From contig OX597830.1 in assembly GCA_951406725.2 (NCBI GenBank), positions 73,098,001-73,162,000 of the forward strand: a stretch of 64,000 nucleotides of DNA, read 5' to 3'. Shown piece by piece: positions 56,313 through 64,000 of this stretch; positions within the stretch are counted from its first letter, which is position 1; the number at the start of each line of letters is the position of its first letter. The notes beneath the pieces were generated by a model. The model saw nothing but the letters and a program-made list of their open reading frames with translations, was not told the origin of the DNA and did not search any database. The translations under genes and the position numbers were made by a program. The DNA is from Octopus vulgaris (lineage: Eukaryota).

Positions 56313-56424
56313 GGCCTGACCGCTTAGCCAGCGGGGTGGTGTCATTTGAAGGTTAAAACAATGCGAAGCGCAATGTGACCAGCGATGTGTAGCAACATCT
56401 GATATCCTGGTCGATCACGCTGAT
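56313..56424. mobile_element. ~110-bp structured interspersed repeat, copy 2
   Basis: Matches 40906-41018. Confidence 0.8.
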
Positions 56425-57067
56425 ATATAGAGATAGATAGATAGATAGATAGATAGACAGATAGATAGGAAGATAGATAGATATTGATATACATATAAGT
56501 ATACATGCATGCACACAACACACACATACACACATGCAGACACGTGGCCAGGTGTACTTCTGTATATATCTTCGTGTGTAAATATATACGAATATATATA
56601 TATATATATGTGTGTGTGCGTGTGTATGTATGTATAAGCGTATAAATATATACAAATAGACACGCACACACATACAAACAGACACACGCAAAGACATGTA
56701 TACAAACACAGAAGCATACACATAAGCACACATATACATATTACTATGCTCATACCTATATATATTGTCCTTACATATTTTTAATCTAATTTCATTATTT
56801 TTCTGCTTGCTCTACTGCTACATGTGAACTGAAGCGATCACTCTATGGTGTTGGCTGCGACTATGGTTGAACTCATAGTTAATGTCGCAGTAACATTATA
56901 CAAAGTAATGATATATAATTATAAAAGATAATTCTGTAGTCCGACATTAAGCAAAACGTAAACTTTTCAACTATGTTAGATGTAGAGCGTGTAGGAGAGG
57001 AAGAAGTAAGAGGGGAGAAGAAAAAAAAAAGAGAGAAAGTGATTGAAAGAGCGAGAGAGATTGGAAG

Positions 57068-57107
<40 letters not shown>

Positions 57108-57866
57108 AAATATTGAAAACTTATTTCAAAATAGTTATTTTGTCTTATTTGGCTAGTTGACAGAACACGTTTGAGTTTTTGAAGAGGACACCTTGGAATG
57201 CGGATACTGCGCCAATACAAGTGATGGAGGCTCTGAAGATGTATAAGTATGTGCGCGTTTGTTTGAGAGTATCTGTTTTCGTGTTTTGTGTATGAGGTGG
57301 AGGTGAGCGTGCGTTTACAGCTTGATATGTTTGCAAGCACGCATGTACATACATATAATAATAATTGATTCAAATTTCGGCTTAATGCCATCAATTTCAG
57401 AAGAGGTGTTTAGTTAATACCCCAGTGCTCAACTAGTACTTCTTTTATCGAGCCCAAAAGGATTAAAGGCAAAGTCAGATCTTTGAAATAATTGTAACTT
57501 TATCTTTGCATCTGAAAATCTTAATGTCTGCAATAACACTCTTAGGGCGTGGAGAAAATTACATTGGTCAGACGGGAGGGGAGCACACGACAACGTATAA
57601 CTCTGCATAGATTACAAATTAAACTACTGGAATAATGACAAATAGGACTCCGTGAACTTATAGAGACATGCTCCGGCAAGAACCTGTCGAACTATAGAAT
57701 TTTTCCTCGATATAAGCTTAGTAATAACATAACACAACGTCAAGGCATCAGCAAATAAATATCCTTCATAACCAAACACCACCCACATTTAAATGCCTGT
57801 GGTAGAGTGAAGGAGACGATTACTACTACCAGTACTAGTGCAGTTTTAGTATATACGACACAACGT

Positions 57867-58067
57867 GGAGGCACATGGCCTAGTGGTTAGAGCAGCGGAC
57901 TCGCGGTCTCGAGATCACAGGTTCGAATCTCAGACTGGGTGATGTGTGTGTTTATGAGCGAAACACCTAAGCTCCACGCGGCTCTGGCAGAAGGTAATGG
58001 CGAACTTCTGCTGACTCTTTCACCACAACTTTCTCTCCCTCCTTCCTCCTGCATCTTGCAGCTCACC
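57867..58067 (+). mobile_element. SINE family C-related, 5' half
   Basis: GGAGGCACATGGCCTAGTGGTTAGAGCAGCGGACTCGCGGTC...GGTTCGAATCTC...GAGCGAAACACCTAAGCTCCACG. Confidence 0.8.
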
Positions 58068-58459
58068 TATTTCACAACAGTATATACTCATACTAAACCA
58101 TCAATATACATATATACATCAAAATGCACAGATAGATGTACATAGATCACATACATATGCATACATATAAATGCAAAACGTAAAAGTGAAATATATTAAT
58201 ATAATTTATTTTTATATATTAATTGTATTAATCGAATTATATTTTTCTATATAATTAATGACAATATGTATTTTAAATCCGCTCTTCAATTTAAGGTATT
58301 TCCTCGATTTTTTGTAATTAATATCGAATTAATTTATTTTGTCTATTTTGTTTATCGCATGCTTAAGACCGTTATTTGAAAGGACCAATGAAACAAATCC
58401 ATTTTTAAAGGTGTATCCTTTAACTAGTTTTGATCAAATAGTTATTTCTGTTCTATTTT

Positions 58460-58512
58460 AACAAAACTGTCCGACGAACGGGAACGTGAAACTCTGAGTA
58501 ACAGCTTTTGTT
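58460..58512 (+). ncRNA. Candidate type I minimal hammerhead ribozyme (U4C core variant)
   Basis: AACAAAACTGT-CCGACGA-ACG GGAA CGT-GAAA-CTCTGAG-TA^ACAGCTTTTGTT. Helix I 11 bp with one bulge, helix II 3 bp, palindromic helix III. Confidence 0.65.
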
Positions 58513-58636
58513 ATATTTCAGCTGCTTTTAAATAAAGCATATTACTCTAACTCTGGTATTTGAGTACTCTCTTTTCCATCTTGTTTGAGTATTCATGTGT
58601 TTACTCCGGTATATACATATATATGTGTTTATATCC

Positions 58637-58674
<38 letters not shown>

Positions 58675-58675
<1 letters not shown>

Positions 58676-59329
58676 TAGCATGGAAGACCCGTCGTTGCCG
58701 GGTCATAGTGCATGTGTACATATTACATGTACATCTATATATATATATACATCTACACATAAAATGCAAAATACAAAGTTATATCTTGATATCGCTAGTG
58801 ATAACAATACTCAAAATATATAACAGACTGGAATTGTTAGCTCTTCTTTTTTCTCTACATTGTATACTTTATAGACAATAGTCTTTTCTTTAATTTAATT
58901 TTTTATTATCCATCTGGATTATTCCATTTCTGCACGTTAATTTTATTTTTAATTTATTACCATTCATGTGAAACCACTTATTCAAGTTCAAATCATTGAT
59001 GTAATTTTATACCAATTGCTATTTTTACTTTTTTTTATGTTACGATTATATTATACTTTAATTGATTTTAATTATTACTTACTACATATAATTCAATTGT
59101 TATTATTATTTTTATTGTTAAAGTGAAAGTATCTGACATAAAATAGAGAAATGTTTTTGTTTCATTTTAACACGTGATATAGTTGAGAAGATATGATATT
59201 GCTATGGGCTCGCTCTAGGTAAGAAGTTGAACATTTTTTTTGCCCATGAAACTACATGGACACTATGTAAGGCATGTGTAAAATTTGAATGAAATTGGTT
59301 GTGTAGTTCTCAAGTTTTAGGGAACACAC

Positions 59330-59376
<47 letters not shown>

Positions 59377-59404
59377 CACATTCTCAGTTTTATATATATA
59401 AAGA
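58675..59404 (-). mobile_element. Non-autonomous Helitron-like element with (ACAG)n
   Basis: Minus-strand A|TC start at 59404, hairpin GACCCG-N7-CGGGTC, 3' CTAG|T at 58675, internal (GACA)n. Confidence 0.8.
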
Positions 59405-59852
59405 TTTACATTTTCTGTGAAGCTAACAAGTTTTTAAAGCCTGTTATAAGACTGTGCATCATTAGAGAACTTTGGAACTCTGCTTACTATCTAAATTTGC
59501 TTTTTATAAAACTATCTTCGATACTTCATGAGTGTAGCCTCACCCCCTAGGATGCTTGGAGAACTCATATGTGTTTTGGCTGATGAGTACGGGACACTTC
59601 TATTTGCTGCAATATTTGCAGCTTTTAATAAAGCTGGTCTTCGTATGAAACAAGCGTACTGAAAAACTAATCCATTCTTGTTGCTTTTTTCTTGTTTATA
59701 ATCACCCCGCATTATTTTATGGTTAATATCATAGAGGTTTCTGGTGCATCTAAGTTAAGTACCGCATTCATGTGAATTCAATAGAACTCACTTGAATCTT
59801 AATTGCTTTTACTGAATTATAAAGATATATATATATATACATGTATATGCAT

Positions 59853-59907
<55 letters not shown>

Positions 59908-60164
59908 CATATGTGCTTATGTATATGGGTCACAAAAGTGACGGAGTGTGCTGGTTAGCACCGATTATGCTAACATAAGTGTTAAATTAACTCTAAAGCA
60001 AACTTTTTAATGACTGACAAAGGGAGGTAAATCCCTAGCATATGAAGCCGTATCACGATTTCGAACTCATATACCCACGTATATAAATGTAAATCTATCT
60101 GTATATGTGTGTGTATTCTGTGTAGATATACATATGGATCTATGTATATCTATCTATCTATCTA

Positions 60165-60195
<31 letters not shown>

Positions 60196-60254
60196 GTCTA
60201 TCTATCTATATATCTATATCTATCTGTCTATCTATCAATATGTCTGTCTGTCTG

Positions 60255-60366
<112 letters not shown>

Positions 60367-60385
60367 TATATACATATATATATAT

Positions 60386-60416
<31 letters not shown>

Positions 60417-60424
60417 CTTTCTAA

Positions 60425-60600
<176 letters not shown>

Positions 60601-61347
60601 GCGCGAACACATATTGTGCTCAAACGTATGTAAATAGGGATGTATGTTCCTCCAAATTCCCTAATATTTTTTCCTTTCCCTATCTGACATTGATTGAATA
60701 GTGCTCACTTATTTGACATATCTGTGGTTTATTACTAAATAACACTTTCTCGGACTCGGAATTGCTTCCATTGTTTCCTCTTAGCTTATTGGTTTCTATC
60801 TTGTATTGTTTGTTTTGACTACACGTGAAAATACATTAGTAAATGTTTTATACATGTTGTCGTTTATCAAAGATGACGAATTATCGTCCGGGTATATGAC
60901 TGACTACAAATACATGCCACTAAAAAGGTCTAAAATGGTTGAAATGAATGTAGCCTTCTCGCTGGAGGCTTCAGTGGTTAATCTTCATCTCTCAATGACA
61001 TTTTTATTGTGTTTTTCGCACTGAAAGGTCATAAGAGTTGCCATCTTTGTACGAATAATTCAGCAACTGGCTTGCCAAATCCATGCGTACATTAAGTTTG
61101 ACACATAGATGACTGTTTTGTTTTAATATTGTTTCAATTGTGTATAACGGATTTTATTCAGCTGGGAATCTATTCGCAATATCAGTAGATGTTTTGTTTC
61201 CTCTTTCGTATGTCATAGGCAACGAACTCCCATCCGAGCATGTGGCTGTCTGCAAGCACGTATTATTAAAAAAGTTCCAAATGGACGAAACACTTGTGGC
61301 GTTCATGCTGTCCGCTTCTATGACGAATCTTCATCTCTCCCTCTCTC

Positions 61348-61388
<41 letters not shown>

Positions 61389-63210
61389 TTCTCTGTCTTT
61401 GATATTTATTATAATTTTAATACATCAAGTCCATGACAGGCGTCGGCACAAATAATGCAGTAACTGATCTGTTGACTCTGTGTATACATTAGATATGATA
61501 TACAGAAGCAATTTTTGTCACACGTAAATTGTTGTTATTCTCAATCCTATATCACAGTTTCGAATCACTGCTCTTCAGCATGTTGGCAAGTTATCCCTTA
61601 GAGTATCCTGAACACCCGCGCTCCTGCACGCTTTGTCGTCCGATTGTTCGGTGGTATTTTTTCCCGACTTTGGTGACGACAACCTCAACCTCCTAGCCAT
61701 CCACCTCGAACCAACGCGTTCCTTCCTACATTGTTCGCCGTCCACCGCAGCTGGTGCAATTGACTGCAGAAGAATTAACTTTGATGGCTGGAAATAGCTT
61801 CTAAATCTGCCTCAAATAATATCTTGTCTTAAATCACAAAGAGATAGACTAGATAACTCATTCTTACATAACCCTTCAAAAAGAGCTTTATTCGTGAATG
61901 GGATACATTTATATAAGTTTGCTCGAGTTAGGGTGAATGAGGCTAAACAGTCACATAAACAACAATAGAAGGGCATCGATAAAATGAGCCTCTGTGCGGT
62001 CACTCGACATGCTAGATATCATAGCCGCTGAAATCACTCACGAATCAGATATACCATGTAAGAAAACGAAACACGTTGGATAGTATAACCCCGTCTTTAC
62101 TGCTTGGGAAAAAGACGGGTTGAAGTGAGTTTAATGGAGAGGATATAAGTACATCACAAGGCTAGAGGACAAATTAGAGGATAGTATATATGGTTTCATG
62201 GATTTCATTGTTCCGGCTCTCATAGCTTGGCGTTCATATCCTGATTTTCCTTTCACCTATGCCAGCCATTCTTTTGGGAGCCGATAAGATGTTTCTATCC
62301 TTTTATTAATTCTTTCAGTCTATTTAGTCTCTACTTTGTTAGGAAGTGATCAGATGTGGGCAAACATGGAGATGGATAAGCTACACCAGATCTAGAATTC
62401 CCTCAAGATACGCCTAATGTCCCAACGGTGCTTTTGTGACTCTTGGAATGAACAGAGGACCTACTGTAAGGCAAACCATATTACAGGATAACAGGATACT
62501 TTTGATCATGCAGAATGCCTTTCAATGCCCACTCGATCATAGCTGATCTAAGGGTTAAAATAATAGCAACATCAACCACAGCAACAACAAGACCCTCCAC
62601 AAAAACACATCCTCATAAATATAAAGACGTCATATGTAATATTCTCAAGTTACAGCTTCCGTTAATCTCGCGATGAGGTTCACAAGAAATGGGACAGAAC
62701 TTGTGATAAGCTTCCTTGATTTCCGGTTTGAACCAGTTTTGTATATGCCCTTATGCCAAGGATACCTCTAATAAGATATGGTTTTCATAACACTTAATTT
62801 TTTCCGATATGTGAATATCTATGTGTGTGATTGTGTGTGTGTGTGTGGGTATGTAGTTTGTAAGCATGCGTGTATATGTATATATACATATATATATATA
62901 TTCACACACACATACATATATAAACATGCATGTATATATAAAGTACATGTATATATATATATATACATACATATCGTTACTATTATGTTGTGTATCCAAA
63001 TTTCTCCAAATGCGGTTTTTTTTATCTATATCTATATTTATATATATGTATATACTGTATTAATAAAGATTCAAAAACATCACAAAAACTGTTAAAATCT
63101 GAGTAACAGTTTTTGAATGCATTTTCAGCTTTATTAATAAAACAAATTATATAAAGCATATTTATATTAATAAAGCATGTTTTATCGTTTCACATTTATG
63201 TGCTTACTCT

Positions 63211-63275
<65 letters not shown>

Positions 63276-63295
63276 GGTATTTTACCCGCCCTATA

Positions 63296-63340
<45 letters not shown>

Positions 63341-63409
63341 TTTATAGTATTATTTGATTGAACGACACGCAACCATTTCCAAGTAAGTTTATATTAATAT
63401 CTGCGTGTG

Positions 63410-63592
63410 TGTGTGTTTGTGTGTGTGTATCTGTATTTCTCCTCTCACTGCTTGACAACTGGCGTTCTGTAACTTAGAATAAATACCAGCCTGAAAACAT
63501 AATGCTGGGATCGATTCGTTCGACTAAAATTCTACAAAGCGGTACCCCAGCATGGCCGGAGACTAATGACTGAAACAACTAATGGACAAAAG
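63410..63592 (+). mobile_element. SINE family B, 3' half
   Basis: GCTTGACAACTGG...CGACTAAAATTCTACAAAGCGGTACCCCAGCATGGCCG...ATGACTGAAACAA. Confidence 0.75.
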
Positions 63593-63846
63593 ATACGCGC
63601 GCAGACACTCGCACACAAATACAAGATTGAGTGGACAAACGAAAGAAAAAAGCACTCAGCACATTTCGTAGAAATTACATGAATTATTTAAAATAATTTG
63701 ATTCAGTTCAACGAGATTTAAATTTTAGCAGGCGTGTAACCGAATCCAATCTCTTTCAGACTATGGCTAACCGAATCGCTCACATTTTACTATTGGATCG
63801 GTAATCTAAAACAATTATATGTGTGTACATATGTACTTGTGTAGAT

Positions 63847-64000
63847 AAGGGGTTCTCAACCATATTGTATCTATGGGCCCCTTTGATATTACTATTTTAT
63901 TCTGATGGATCCCCCACCCACCATTCGCTGTTTAAAAACTAAATTCATTGATATTTCTTTCAGAATTCCTATTTCGTTTTACACACATCAACTTTTGTAG
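63847..64000 (+). mobile_element. Possible hAT/Charlie-type MITE left end (cut by window edge)
   Basis: AGGGGTTCTCAACC resembles CAGGGGTTCTCAA TIRs; the partner end is not visible. Confidence 0.35.

Noticed and set aside
61575-61770. GC-rich segment encoding YPEHPRSCTLCR, possibly another retroelement N-terminus
   Set aside because: A single CxxC motif is insufficient and the frame closes soon after.

Overview
AT-rich, microsatellite-saturated eukaryotic non-genic (intergenic or intronic) DNA. I found no supportable host protein-coding exon, rRNA, bona fide tRNA or CRISPR array. Almost every ORF in the supplied track is a translation of (TA)n, (CA)n, (CATA)n, (GATA)n or trinucleotide repeats. 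The repeat repertoire suggests an octopus-like coleoid cephalopod (inference). The window holds a near-complete mariner (DD34D) element with 37-bp TIRs, a decayed Tc1 (DD34E) element and two non-autonomous Helitron-like elements. It also holds several MITE-like elements, many copies of at least four tRNA-derived SINE families, and fragments of RTE, CR1, R4/Dong-like and R2-like LINEs. The most interesting layer is a set of short Penelope-like (PLE) cassettes embedded in (TA)n. Many carry minimal hammerhead-ribozyme (HHR) motifs, the best at 27702-27774 and 58460-58512. Some show fold-back palindromes centred on HHR remnants, and one copy's 5' end falls at the predicted cleavage site. One PLE 3' region combines a tRNA-like Pol III module with an HHR. 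All calls were made by eye, so boundaries of decayed copies are approximate.
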